64,000 nt of DNA from an uncultured delta proteobacterium (lineage in GTDB: Bacteria > Myxococcota > B64-G9): assembly GCA_963754925.1 (NCBI GenBank), contig CAVWHX010000007.1, forward strand, positions 128,001-192,000. Direction: 5' to 3'. The notes beneath the pieces were generated by a model that saw only the letters and a program-made list of their open reading frames with translations, did not search any database and was not told the DNA's origin. The stretch's first letter is position 1; each line of letters begins with the position of its first letter. Shown piece after piece: positions 9,706 to 20,254 of the stretch. Both the position numbers and the translations under genes were made by a program.

Positions 9706-11718
9706 TTAAAACCAATCTGAGATGATGGATATAAGATGTCTTAACCACTGGTATGACTCTTGCGGAAGATGGTGTACCATAAGACGACCCGATGTAGTAG
9801 GATCGAAGTGAAAATGAGGTCCTGAGCAACTTTGATTTGGTCCCCAAGAGCCTGTAAGATCAAATCTAATAACGTTTTCTTTTATCTCGTCCCAAAAAGG
9901 TGCGAGTGCTGCAATAATTTCAGGTGCGACGGTTAATCCAGTTATTGTCGCACCAAAAATTGCCCAACCGATCAGCTCCTCTTCGGTTATAGGGATATTG
10001 CTCGTATCTCCCCATTTACCTGCCATTGTAACACTTCCAGTTTCTAGCCCATTGTTGTCGATCAGATTGACTGGATCATTCAGCACGTACCCAAACAAAT
10101 TCGTATCACCACCACTGAATCCTATCGGATCCTTCGCCGTCCATCTTCCCGTCACCGGATCATAGTCCCTTGCCCCGAACCTGACTAATACCGTATCCCT
10201 ATCATACAACCCACCCGCGAACCCAAATGGCTGGAACCCGGGGTTGGAGTCGGAGGTGACATTCCCGAACTCGTCGTAATTCATCTGCTGTGCAATCGCT
10301 CCGGTGCTTGTGTTTACAACGAAGCGCGGACTGCCCAGGTGGTCGGTGATGATGCGATAGTTCTGGCCTCCTTGGATCATATACTCTGGGACGTTCGCTC
10401 TGGTTCCGTACACGAAGCGACTTTTCAAATTACCGCTTCCGTTCAGTTCAGCGACAATTCGTAATTGTCCATCATACAAGAATCCTTGCGTCAGCGTACC
10501 GTTGACCTTCTTACCGATCCTACGATTTCGCCCGTCAATCACATAGTTGATTTGGTTACCATTCGGCAACGTAACCGAACGCAGATTCCCGAGCACATCG
10601 TATTGATAATTTGTCGTCTGATTGTTAGCGGTTTCACTCAGTAACTCTCCATTGGCCGTATATTGGTACGTGGTATTTCCATATGCGGTCATCCGATCTT
10701 GGTTGTCATAGGTTCCGGTGGCGTCCGTTCCGATCAGACATGGCGTTGAAGGTTGGCATTGAATACCGGCAGCGCACTGACGCCGTAATGTTCGGTTGGA
10801 GTTTCCGTCGTATTCGTAATGACTCTGGCGAAGACCATTGACGCACACGTCGGTCAAACGGCCCGCAAGGTCATACTGGTAGTTGTAGGTGGTTGCAGCA
10901 CTGTTGATGGTTTCGGTCTTTTGGGTTATTCGGCCAAGCTGGTCCTGGACGAATCCCAAATCCACCGTATTGCTTCCGAATGCGGCGTGCAGCAACGCGG
11001 GCTCGCCAAAGTTGTCGTAGGTGATGGAGGTGCCGACCGAATCCAATAGAGTGGTCGCGACCAAACCAGTGGATTGATTTCGGCTGATGGAAAGAGATCC
11101 CGCGCCGGTCAATAATCCGTCAGCGTCGTAGGTCATGGCCTCGGTCGAATTCGCCACCGTCTCGGTTGCAACTCGAAAGTTATCATCGTATGTCCAGCTT
11201 ACGCTGCCCATTACCGCGCCACCCGCCCAGGTTTCGGTTGTCGGCAGAAAACCATCATAAGTATATACCAACATTCCTGCGTAGGCATCTGGGCCGGTGA
11301 CTAAAGCCAGTTTGCCGGTGCTGGAGTTATACCAATATCCTATATTCCCAGTGGGAGTGGAAATGCCACTGAGCTTACCGGTTGAACCGTAGCTAAAATT
11401 CACCTGCTGCGAATCGGGCCGAAGAACTTGCGTAAGCTGATGATCCGCGTTGTAGACGTATTGCGTCAGGCCGGTACTCGGAGGATTAGGTGGAAAGTAG
11501 ACGAAGACCTGATTAACGGCATTGGATAAGAGCCAGTGTGCCGGCCTACTTGGAGGAGTTACGGAAACAACGTTGCCATTGTTGTCATAGATGAGTCCCA
11601 TTGCCCTTCCGTCGGGTAAGGTTTGGGACGTCACCCGACCGGCGGCATCGTAGTCAAAGCTTTCGGTTCTCCCAAGCGGATCTTGAACAGATTGCAGAAG
11701 CCCCTTGCTGGATCCCGT
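9706..11718 (-). pseudogene. RHS/YD-repeat polymorphic toxin, 5'-truncated at MITE copy 2
   Basis: YD repeats, RHS core, [11 protein letters not shown], tip with GPHFHFD. The YD frame (TGSSKGLLQSVQDPLGRTESFDYDAAGR) continues upstream of the listed start to 11718, the base next to the MITE TGT. Confidence 0.9.
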
Positions 11719-11956
11719 TGTCGTTCGTCAAAGCTCATCCGCATTGAAAACAAAGCATTTTCCATATCACCTGCACTACCCTACTCCCCAATGAAATCTT
11801 GCCGGATCGTTCTCGCTCGCACCACAATGTCGCCATGACCTATCCAGTCTTCAATCTCATCTTTTCCAACATCCGGGATTGTGAGTTCACCTGGTTATAC
11901 GCTTACCGTGGTTTGGCTGATTTGTTTTTCTCTCAGATTTGGTTTGGCGAGGGACA
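11719..11956 (+). mobile_element. MITE-like repeat copy 2 (complete)
   Basis: TGTCGTTCGTCAAAGCTCATCC...ATGTCGCCATGACCTATCCAG...TTGGCGAGGGACA. Confidence 0.9.
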
Positions 11957-11992
11957 GGTACCTAGGTACCTAGATTGTGTTCTGAGCGTCGC

Positions 11993-13486
11993 CTACGACA
12001 GGAAGCGAATGGCGGTGCGGATGAGCTTCAGCACCTTCGCCGTGTACGGCGGGTAGAACATCTTGAGCGTGTCGGGCAGGCTCTGGCGCAACACGGCGCG
12101 CTCGTGCGAGCAGGTGCGGAAGCCGTAGATGCCGTGGTAGTTGCCCATGCCGCTGTTGCCGATGCCGCCGAATGGGAGGTTGCCGTTGCCGAGGTGGATC
12201 ATTGCTGTGTTGATACAAGTGCCCCCGGAGGTCGTGCCTTCGAGGACGGTGCGCACTGCCGTCTTGTCTTCGGCGAACATGTAGAGGGCGAGCGGCTTAG
12301 GCTTGCCGCGCACGGCGTCGACGGCCTCGTGAATATCGCGGAAGGTCATGATCGGCAGGATGGGCCCGAAGATCTCTTCCTCCATGATGGGATTCGCCGG
12401 CGTGACACCGGTGAGCAGGGTCGGCGCCATGTAGCGCTCAGCGGGCGTCGACGTGCCGCCCGTCGCCAACTTGGCGCCGGCGGCGATCGCCGCGTCGAGG
12501 ATCTTGGCGAGCCCGTGGCGATGGTCATCGCTCACCAGGCGGCAGAAGCTCGTGCTCGCTTGCCGGTCGATCTCGCTCTTGCCGTAGCGCTCGTTAAGGA
12601 TGCGCTGTGACTCCTTCACGAACTCGTCGAGCTTGCTCTCGTGAACGAGCACGTAGTCCGGAGCCACGCAGGTCTGCCCGGCGTTGACGAACTTCGCCCA
12701 CAAGACGCGCTCGGCGGTCTTGGGGATGTCGGCCGAGCAATCGATGATGGCCGGCGACTTGCCGCCGAGCTCGAGGGTGACCGAGGCGAGGTTTTGAGCC
12801 GCCGCGGCCATGATCTTCTTGCCAACCTTGGGGCTGCCCGTGAAAAACACGTGGTCGAAGGGCAGATCGAGCAGAGCGTCGGAGACCGCGTGGTCGCCCT
12901 CGAACACGACGACCTCGTCGGGCGGGAAGAGCTCGCTCAAAAAGCTCGCAATGAAATGCGACGTGTGCGGCACCTTGCTCGACGGCCGCACCGCAACGAC
13001 GTTGCCCGCCGAGATGGCGGCGAGGAGCGGAATGACGAGGAGCGAGAACGGGTAGTTCCAGGGCGCGAGGATGAGGACCACGCCCTTGGCCTCGTAGCGC
13101 ACGAAGCTATGGGTGCCGAAGAGCGCGAGCGGCGTACCGACGCGCAGGGGCTTCATCCATTTCGAGAGGTGGCGGATGGCGTGATTGGCCTCGGAGACCA
13201 CCGGGAAGACCTCGGTGAGCTCGACCTCGGCCGCGTTCTTCTTGTAGTCGTCGTAGACGGCTTGGCACAGCTCGCCGCGCCGTGCGATAAGCGCATCGCG
13301 CAGGCGGCGAATGCGGTCGACACGCGCGGCCGCGGTGGTCTGCGCCATCTTCCAGCGGTTGGCGCGAAGGCGCTCGAACGCAGCCTTGACGTCTTGCGGA
13401 GTGCTCGCTAGCGGCTCCTTCGTAGCTGCCCCGTGGGCTCTCACCCAGGCACTGCTCGTCGTCCCCAGCTCGCCTGTCGTCGTCAT
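11993..13486 (-). CDS. Aldehyde dehydrogenase (ALDH3/coniferyl-type)
   Basis: APWNYP, FTGS, LELGGKSP, NAGQTCVAPDY, EEIFGP, PFGGIGNSGMG; RBS GGGAGG; visibly much higher GC than neighbours. Confidence 0.95.
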   Translation of the reverse strand: MTTTGELGTTSSAWVRAHGAATKEPLASTPQDVKAAFERLRANRWKMAQTTAAARVDRIRRLRDALIARRGELCQAVYDDYKKNAAEVELTEVFPVVSEANHAIRHLSKWMKPLRVGTPLALFGTHSFVRYEAKGVVLILAPWNYPFSLLVIPLLAAISAGNVVAVRPSSKVPHTSHFIASFLSELFPPDEVVVFEGDHAVSDALLDLPFDHVFFTGSPKVGKKIMAAAAQNLASVTLELGGKSPAIIDCSADIPKTAERVLWAKFVNAGQTCVAPDYVLVHESKLDEFVKESQRILNERYGKSEIDRQASTSFCRLVSDDHRHGLAKILDAAIAAGAKLATGGTSTPAERYMAPTLLTGVTPANPIMEEEIFGPILPIMTFRDIHEAVDAVRGKPKPLALYMFAEDKTAVRTVLEGTTSGGTCINTAMIHLGNGNLPFGGIGNSGMGNYHGIYGFRTCSHERAVLRQSLPDTLKMFYPPYTAKVLKLIRTAIRFLS

Positions 13487-13922
13487 GTTCAGCCTCCCGT
13501 CTGACGCGGCTTCGCCGCAAATCTAGGCTCTCGCTGCCGGTAGGGCAATTCTGCGGTCCCTCCCGGGAACCCGAAGGAGCTAGAGGTTAAGGATAGGAAT
13601 TTCAAAACCTCTTTTTCCCATTGAGCACCCTCACAAGACCACGTCTCTTGCTCCTGTCACATCCCGATCCTTGTCAATTGCCGACAGATGTACCAAGCTG
13701 CTTCACTCCCCGTCAAGGATATTGTCGACCTCGGTCGAATTCAATAACTGAATCCTAACGAAGCTGACCACAAACTGTGCCCACTTTTGTGCCCACTCGG
13801 TTCCAAAGTTTGCGGTATTATTGAGTACTACTGAACCGTTCGATGAAATGCCAAAAGCAAATAGAGAGTCCTCTCTGCTTTGTGTTTCAACGCCTTGCGA
13901 GCACTCATGAAAATTGAAGAAA

Positions 13923-13973
13923 CGCGCCTGGCAGGATTCGAACCTGCTGCCCACGGCTTAGAAGGCCGTTGCT
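13923..13973 (-). tRNA. 3' fragment of tRNA-Arg(TCT), att-site remnant, non-functional
   Basis: AGCAACGGCCTTCTAAGCCGTGGGCAGCAGGTTCGAATCCTGCCAGGCGCG has anticodon arm, T-arm and 3' acceptor strand; the 5' acceptor strand and D-arm are missing. Confidence 0.8.
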
Positions 13974-14132
13974 TATTAGTTAGTAACACCCTGATCAAAC
14001 AAATCTACCCACATAGGGAGTCGCTGGCCATTAGGCTTCGTCGCTGAATTGGTCATGCTGTGGTGGATCTCGCGTAGAGCAGATCCGCAGTGGCTCGGTA
14101 GGCTCGTAGGCTCACCCAGGTGGGTAAGTATC

Positions 14133-15473
14133 TTATCGCCCCGCTTGATCTGAGAGGCGAATAAGGGTGCCGTCGACGCCGGCGATCAGAATATCAACCG
14201 GATCGCAAACCCAGGTGGTGACCGTAGCACCGTTCGCGTCGGTGGTCGTGGTCGTGCGATCCGATAACGAACGCGGAGTAGTGCCCCAAACAGCTTCTAG
14301 TCGGTTGGAGGTGATATCACCTAACGGACACAGCAAATTATCGTGATCAAAATACAGCGTGCCGTCCCAACCAACATATATTCGCCACGAGGTGGTTGGA
14401 CGATCGGCCTCGGTCCCACCGACAGGAATATCTCCGCACTTTTCTTGGGAAAAGCTCCAACTCGAGCGTAGATAGGTCGGGGGCAAATCGAGATTGAGAA
14501 TACTCCAACTTCCTGATCTCCGATTTACGACCGTGCCCCCGTTGCCGACCGCATAAAGATCATCACCCGACTGACCCCATATCCCCTTCAGGTCAGTGGT
14601 TAAGCCTGGAACGACCACGCTTGTAGCGCTCAGGCCCGCACCGTCAATGCTCATGATCGTACCGATGTCACCCACAGCCACAAAGTCGCTGACACTCACG
14701 CCAAATACTCCATTGAGCTGGTCAGGGGTCCAGCGAAGGTATTCGGTGGTGGGTGGATTAGGAGGAGTGTGTTCCATCGTCACCTGCTGACGCATTTCTT
14801 CGAAAGTGTTTTTGGTGTTATCGTAGGCTACGATGAGACCATTGGCGCCGACCGCTATCACCGTTGGTTCGCTGGTTACGTCGGTGGGAGGAATGCCCCA
14901 TATGTCATAAATATCGTCGGTGACAGCGCTCTCACTATTATCATTGGCCGGATCGGTGAAAAACACCAGCTGGCTCTGCCAGGTTGTCCCATTGAAACGG
15001 AGAATTACTCCATTCTCGCCGACCACGAACACATCTTGCCGCACTATGGCGCCGTTTGTATCTTTAAGCACGTAGCCCCAAACCCCGTAAAGGTTCTCAG
15101 AAGTACCCGAGTTCATATTCGTCCAGGCGTTGCCATCGAAATGTAAAATATTACCATTGAAACCAACTACATAAATGTCTTCTGGTCCACTACCCCAAAC
15201 ATCCATCAGGTCATTGCTAGGGGTGTCGCCGGCGGTAAGTCCGGTTTGCTCGTTTTTCACTGTCCAAATTTGACCCCATTCCTGCGCTGCCTGTTCGCAG
15301 GCGGTCAGGTTACCAGACCCGTTTGAACCCGTACCACCATTGCTGGTAGAATTAGTTTTTCCACATCCTCCCAGAATACCAATCAGCGCTATTTCTACCA
15401 TGATACTCAACAAAAAAATACACCTCATGATTAGCTCCGGGGTAATTTTCCGCTCGACATCCATTCGTTCCAC
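14133..15473 (-). CDS. Lipoprotein with repeated VWG/VVG beta-propeller-type blades
   Basis: Lipobox ILGGC; repeats DVWGSGPEDIYVVG, GVWG...VFVVG, GIWGQSGDDLYAVG. Start codon uncertain. Confidence 0.7.
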   Translation of the reverse strand: MERMDVERKITPELIMRCIFLLSIMVEIALIGILGGCGKTNSTSNGGTGSNGSGNLTACEQAAQEWGQIWTVKNEQTGLTAGDTPSNDLMDVWGSGPEDIYVVGFNGNILHFDGNAWTNMNSGTSENLYGVWGYVLKDTNGAIVRQDVFVVGENGVILRFNGTTWQSQLVFFTDPANDNSESAVTDDIYDIWGIPPTDVTSEPTVIAVGANGLIVAYDNTKNTFEEMRQQVTMEHTPPNPPTTEYLRWTPDQLNGVFGVSVSDFVAVGDIGTIMSIDGAGLSATSVVVPGLTTDLKGIWGQSGDDLYAVGNGGTVVNRRSGSWSILNLDLPPTYLRSSWSFSQEKCGDIPVGGTEADRPTTSWRIYVGWDGTLYFDHDNLLCPLGDITSNRLEAVWGTTPRSLSDRTTTTTDANGATVTTWVCDPVDILIAGVDGTLIRLSDQAGR

Positions 15474-15499
15474 TAAAGGGTTTCAGACTAACAGCGCAT

Positions 15500-17398
15500 C
15501 TAGGGAGTCAGCTCCAGCGTCGTCACACTCTCCGCCGGCAGCGTGAGCGTCAGATTGTTGCCGCTTACCACAATGTCTGCAAGTCGTTGCGGCTGGGCCG
15601 CTCCATTTTGTACCGGAGATCCGACGGTCAGTTGCCACATGCGGCCGTGGGTGAGCGAGGTTGGGTGGTTGAGCACTATCTGAACGGTGCGCGACGCGAG
15701 ATCCAGGCCGCCGTTTTGCCCCAGGGTCGGCCGGTGAACCAGTACGATGACCACTCGGTTGGGATCGTCGGATGTGTCAACGCTGGCAAAGGCCGACAGA
15801 TGGTCAATGTCGCTGCTTGACGCATAGATAGAAGTGTCGCCAAACGAATGGCCGGCGCCATCATAATTACGATAGGCCAGCCAGGCGCCGAAGGCCCAGC
15901 TCGTGTCGCTGAGCAAAGGCCAAAACGATGCGGCGAACACGCCCTCGCGCCCGAAAATGCCGAGTGTGTCGGCCTGGGCAACCGCGCCCGAGATATGATC
16001 GGAGCCGCCATGGTTATACTCCGACAACGAAAGCAGTGTGCCCGGATAGTTGGCGCTGATCTTGTCGAGCATGCGAGGCACCAGGCGAATCGCTTGGCCG
16101 CCGGTCGAGTCCTGGGTAATCCAACTGGTCTCCACGTAGGTCGAATCCCACAGCGAGCGCGGCGATTGGACGCGCGCCGCAACCACGCAGTCGCTGTTGT
16201 CGTCGTTGATCACCCGAACGCCGCAACCCTGAGCTTCGCTGTACCAATGGAGATCGAGCGAGTCGAGCAGGCGTTGCTGCTTGCTTTGTGAAGCGCTTGC
16301 CATTTGACTGAGGTAGTATTCGATAAAGTCACCATAGGTGCCGGCGTCCGGCGCGTTTTGAAGGCTCACGAAGCCGTTCCACCCATAACTCACCGGACCG
16401 AAAATCAGTGCGGTGGGAACGGCTTTTTTGATCGCGGCGGCGAACTCGATGGACTGTGTTTTCATGGCATCATACGTAAGCGCGCTGCGCTGTATCTCCG
16501 CGTGGGTCGACGACCAGAGGTCGGGCTCGTTATCCAGCATCAGATGCAGCGGCAGACTCGCACCCGACCAATTGTAGGCGAGGAAATACGCAAATTCATC
16601 CTGATATACCACGCTATCGGTTGTATCCGGAGTGAGGCTATACGATCCATTCTTCAAGGCGCTCTGCAAAAAATGATCGGTAAACGGACTCGTAAGGCTC
16701 ACGCTGCCGCTGGCGTCTTTCGAGACCCATCCCTGTATCGGAATTGTCACGCACAAGCCCATTCCATAGGCCTTGGCGTCGGCTATCGATGGCGTCGCCG
16801 CGTATCCGAAGCCGTCGCTTGGCGAACCCATGTAGGTGTCGTTGGAATAATACCAATCACTACCCGCGTTGGAATAGTTTGTCTCCCAGTTGTAGGCGGT
16901 CCACCGATTGCCGCCCAGGCGCAGCCAGGTTACACCTGGCGGTGATTCGGCGACGGTCCCGCCGTTATAACCGTAAACAAAAGGAGAGATAGTGTGACGC
17001 GCTTGGCTTGAGTCCACAGAAACTGTCACGTCGACGCTGGTTGAATTTTGCACGCAGGTAAGTCCTACAACATGGTAGCCGGTATCACATTGACACGTTG
17101 CCGTCCCGCCGCTTGCCGAGCAGGTACCGTGCCCCGAACAGGTGACTCCTTGACAAGGATTGGCATCGGCTACGCAGTCCAAACCCTGGGCGTGGTAGCC
17201 GTTGTTGCACTGACAGGTGGCTGTTTGGCCACTTACTGAACAGGTTCCATAACCAGAGCAGGTAACCCCTTGACAGGGATCCGAGTCTCCAATGGGGTTT
17301 GATTGAATTTTGCCGATTCTGCAGGCAACTAATTGGGTAACCAATGGAAAGATAAATAACATCGCGAGCCGAACTGTCATTCCAGAGGGCATGCGCAT
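15500..17398 (-). CDS. Glycoside hydrolase family 44 lipoprotein with two EGF-like repeats
   Basis: Lipobox LVAC; two CQGVTCSG.GTC...CQC..GYH..GL.CV repeats; GH44 motifs RLGGNRWTAYNWETNYSNAGSDW, DNEPDLW, LDLHWY, SEYN. Confidence 0.85.
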   Translation of the reverse strand: MRMPSGMTVRLAMLFIFPLVTQLVACRIGKIQSNPIGDSDPCQGVTCSGYGTCSVSGQTATCQCNNGYHAQGLDCVADANPCQGVTCSGHGTCSASGGTATCQCDTGYHVVGLTCVQNSTSVDVTVSVDSSQARHTISPFVYGYNGGTVAESPPGVTWLRLGGNRWTAYNWETNYSNAGSDWYYSNDTYMGSPSDGFGYAATPSIADAKAYGMGLCVTIPIQGWVSKDASGSVSLTSPFTDHFLQSALKNGSYSLTPDTTDSVVYQDEFAYFLAYNWSGASLPLHLMLDNEPDLWSSTHAEIQRSALTYDAMKTQSIEFAAAIKKAVPTALIFGPVSYGWNGFVSLQNAPDAGTYGDFIEYYLSQMASASQSKQQRLLDSLDLHWYSEAQGCGVRVINDDNSDCVVAARVQSPRSLWDSTYVETSWITQDSTGGQAIRLVPRMLDKISANYPGTLLSLSEYNHGGSDHISGAVAQADTLGIFGREGVFAASFWPLLSDTSWAFGAWLAYRNYDGAGHSFGDTSIYASSSDIDHLSAFASVDTSDDPNRVVIVLVHRPTLGQNGGLDLASRTVQIVLNHPTSLTHGRMWQLTVGSPVQNGAAQPQRLADIVVSGNNLTLTLPAESVTTLELTP

Positions 17399-17692
17399 GA
17401 TAGCCTCCCTCCAAAACTACTTTTTCAATAATGTTACATAGCAAAAACAATGCCTTAATATTGTCAAAAATAACGCATATAAGATAAAGAAAAATAAGCA
17501 CAATTTATTAGTATTCAGATTTGTCTTAGCATCTCCTGAAGCATTTGGGTTCCATTTCGGCAGCAAAGTCTATAACGTATCGATGCAGTTATAGATTATC
17601 TATGAGATGTTTTCAGCCCTCGAAAACAACCTAAGATCAGATAGTATGGCTCTCCAGCCGCTTTGGTACGAAAACTTATGCTAAGGACCAGC

Positions 17693-17934
17693 CGTCGTTC
17701 GCCATCAAAACTATTGCTTATTTAAAACAAATCATTTTTCATGTCGCCTACACTACCCTCCTCCACATTAAAATCTTGCTAGATAGTTTCGTTCACACCA
17801 CTTTTGTTGCCATTCCCTATTCAGTCCTCAAGCTCATCTTTTCCAACATCCAGGATTGTGAGTTCACCAGTTTACGCTTACCGTGGTTTGGTTGACTTGT
17901 TTTTTCTCTCGGATTTGTTTGGTGGTGAAGTCCA
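17693..17934 (+). mobile_element. MITE-like repeat copy 3 (complete, degenerate termini)
   Basis: CGTCGTTCGCCA... conserved core ...GGTGGTGAAGTCCA. Confidence 0.85.
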
Positions 17935-18087
17935 CCGATTCTCGGTATCGTAAATCTAGTAGACCCTGATCACCACGCAACTGGCCGATAATATAAGCGG
18001 ATCAATTTTGATAAGAGACAGTTTCGTCGTAAGGAATTTCAATTCATACTGTTTGCCCACGAATCAGTCAAAGAACGTTTGGAAAAT

Positions 18088-19756
18088 TTATTTATAGCTG
18101 TCCTTATGCACGTCCTTGACGGCCCGGCCGGAGGGGTCGATCATGGTGGCGAAGGCTTGGTCCCATTTGATGGCCGTGGGAGTCGAGCAGGCCACGGACG
18201 GTCCTTCGGGTACGGCGCGCGCCGCGCTCTCCAGGGGGAAAAACTCCTCGAACATGGTGCGGTAGTAGTAAGACTCCTCTGGTGTTGGGGGTATTGATGG
18301 GGAAGCGGAAGCGAGCGTTTTCCAATTGCGCATCGCTGATTTCTTTGTTGGCCACCTCGCGTAGGGTGTCGATCCAGCTGTAGCCGACGCCATCCGAGAA
18401 CTGTTCCTTCTGGCGCCAGGCGACCTCGTTTGGCAGGTAATCCTCAAAGGCCTTGCGTAGGATATGCTTTTCCATCCGACCTTCCTTGCACATCTTGTCT
18501 TCCGGATTGAGACGCATAGCCACGTCCAGGAATTCCTTGTCCAGGAAAGGCACACGGCCTTCCACGCCCCAGGCCGCCAGGGATTTGTTGGCGCGCAAAC
18601 AGTCGTATTTGCTGAGCAGGGACAGTTTGCGCACCGTCTCTTCATGAAATTCACGCGCGTTTGGTGCTTTATGGAAATAGAGGTACCCACCAAAGATCTC
18701 GTCGGCGCCTTCGCCGGAGAGCACCATCTTTACACCCATGGACTTTATTTTACGTGCCATCAGGTACATGGGCGTGGATGCCCGGATGGTGGTCACGTCA
18801 TAGGTTTCGATGTGGTAGATCACGTCGCGCACCACATCCAGGCCTTCCTGGACGGTGAAGGTGAAGTTGTGGTGGACGGAGTCGATGTGGTTGGCGACCT
18901 TTTGGGCGGCCGCCAGATCCGGTGAACCTTCCAGGCCGATAGCGAAGGAATGCAGCTGCGGCCACCAGGCATCCTTGAGTCCGTGCGTCTCGACACGTTT
19001 GGCCGAATACTTTTTGGCCACGGCGGCGACGATCGAGCTATCCAGGCCACCGGAGAGGAGCACGCCGTAGGGCACGTCGCACATGAGCTGGCGTTCCACC
19101 GCTTCCTCCAGGGCCCAGCGAAGGTCCTTGAGGCTGCTGTGGTTGCCCTTGACGTGTTCGAACTCCATCCAGTCACGCTGGTAGTATCGCTTTGGTCCTG
19201 AGTCGCTGCTTATGTGGTAGTGGCCGGGAGGAAATTCAGCCACCGTGTTGCACGCCTTCATCAAGGCCTTCATTTCCGAGGCTACATAGAAATTACCATA
19301 CTGGTCGTACCCGGTATAGAGCGGGCAGATTCCGATGTGATCGCGGCCGATCAGGTATACATCTTTTTCGCTGTCGTAAAGCGCAAAGGCGAAGATGCCG
19401 CTTAGGTCTTCCAGGAAATCGACGCCCTTCTGGCGGTACAGAGCCAGAATGATCTCACAGTCCGATTCGGTCAGAAATTCGTAAGGTTCGCGGAGGGTTT
19501 TCTTGAGATCCTGATGGTTATAGATTTCGCCGTTGACCGCCAGGGCCAGTTTGCCGTCCTTGCTATAGAGAGGCTGAGCGCCTTTGTTGACGTCCACGAT
19601 GGACAGACGCTCATGGGCCAGGATGGCCTTTGGGTTGACATATATACCGCTCCAGTCCGGACCGCGGTGCCTCATGGTGCGGCTCATCTCCAGGGCCTGG
19701 GTCCGCAGTTCCTTTACATCCGTCTTGATATCGAAGATACCGAGTATGGCGCACAT
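18088..19756 (-). CDS. asnB: Asparagine synthetase B (glutamine-hydrolysing), frameshift near 18285
   Basis: N-terminal MC, RHRGPDWSG, LLSGGLDSS, SGEGADE. The conserved C-terminus (GPSVACS...DPSGRAV) is in another frame ending at 18088. Confidence 0.95.
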
Positions 19757-19827
19757 GGCGTATTCTTCCTCTACTTAGTTCTTCTCATGAGGCATGATTA
19801 TATGGATTCCTTGCGTCAGGCAAGCCC

Positions 19828-19984
19828 TGTGTTTCCCATCAAATCTCATCTATATTGAAAACAAAGCATTTTTAAAATCACCTGCAATACTTTTCCAACA
19901 TTCGAGATTGTAAGGTCACCAATTTACGCTTACCGTGGCTTGGTTGATTTGTTTTTTATATTGGGCTGGTTCTCGCGAGGGACA
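19828..19984 (+). mobile_element. MITE-like repeat copy 4 (internally deleted)
   Basis: TGTGTTTCCCATCAAATCTCATC...ATTGAAAACAAAGCATTTTT...joined to TTTTCCAACAT...CGCTTACCGTGG...CGCGAGGGACA. Confidence 0.85.
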
Positions 19985-20253
19985 GGCATCCGGGCTGCAC
20001 GCCGACCCTTTGAGGTTAGGGTCCAGAGATGCTGCGGGGTTCCCACAGAGCATCCGTTCCTCGCGGCACAGCCACCGCATCCAGCAGCTTTATCGACATC
20101 GTCCTGGCATGCGATATCTTGCAGATACCCTAACTCGGCCAATTGCCTCAACATCGCGCCCACCGCGGACGGGCGCACTCCCAGTGCTTGGGCGAGCTCC
20201 GTCAGGGCCATCGGGGTGCCGCCTGCCATGAGCGCTAGGAGCTTTCGTAACAT
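19930..20253 (-). CDS. FeoC-like winged-helix Fe-S protein; C-terminus reads into MITE copy 4
   Basis: MLRKLLALM...LTELAQALGV...LAELGYL, Cys cluster CGGCAARNGC; directly follows feoB. Confidence 0.75.
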   Translation of the reverse strand: MLRKLLALMAGGTPMALTELAQALGVRPSAVGAMLRQLAELGYLQDIACQDDVDKAAGCGGCAARNGCSVGTPQHLWTLTSKGRRAARMPVPRENQPNIKNKSTKPR

Positions 20254-20254
20254 G

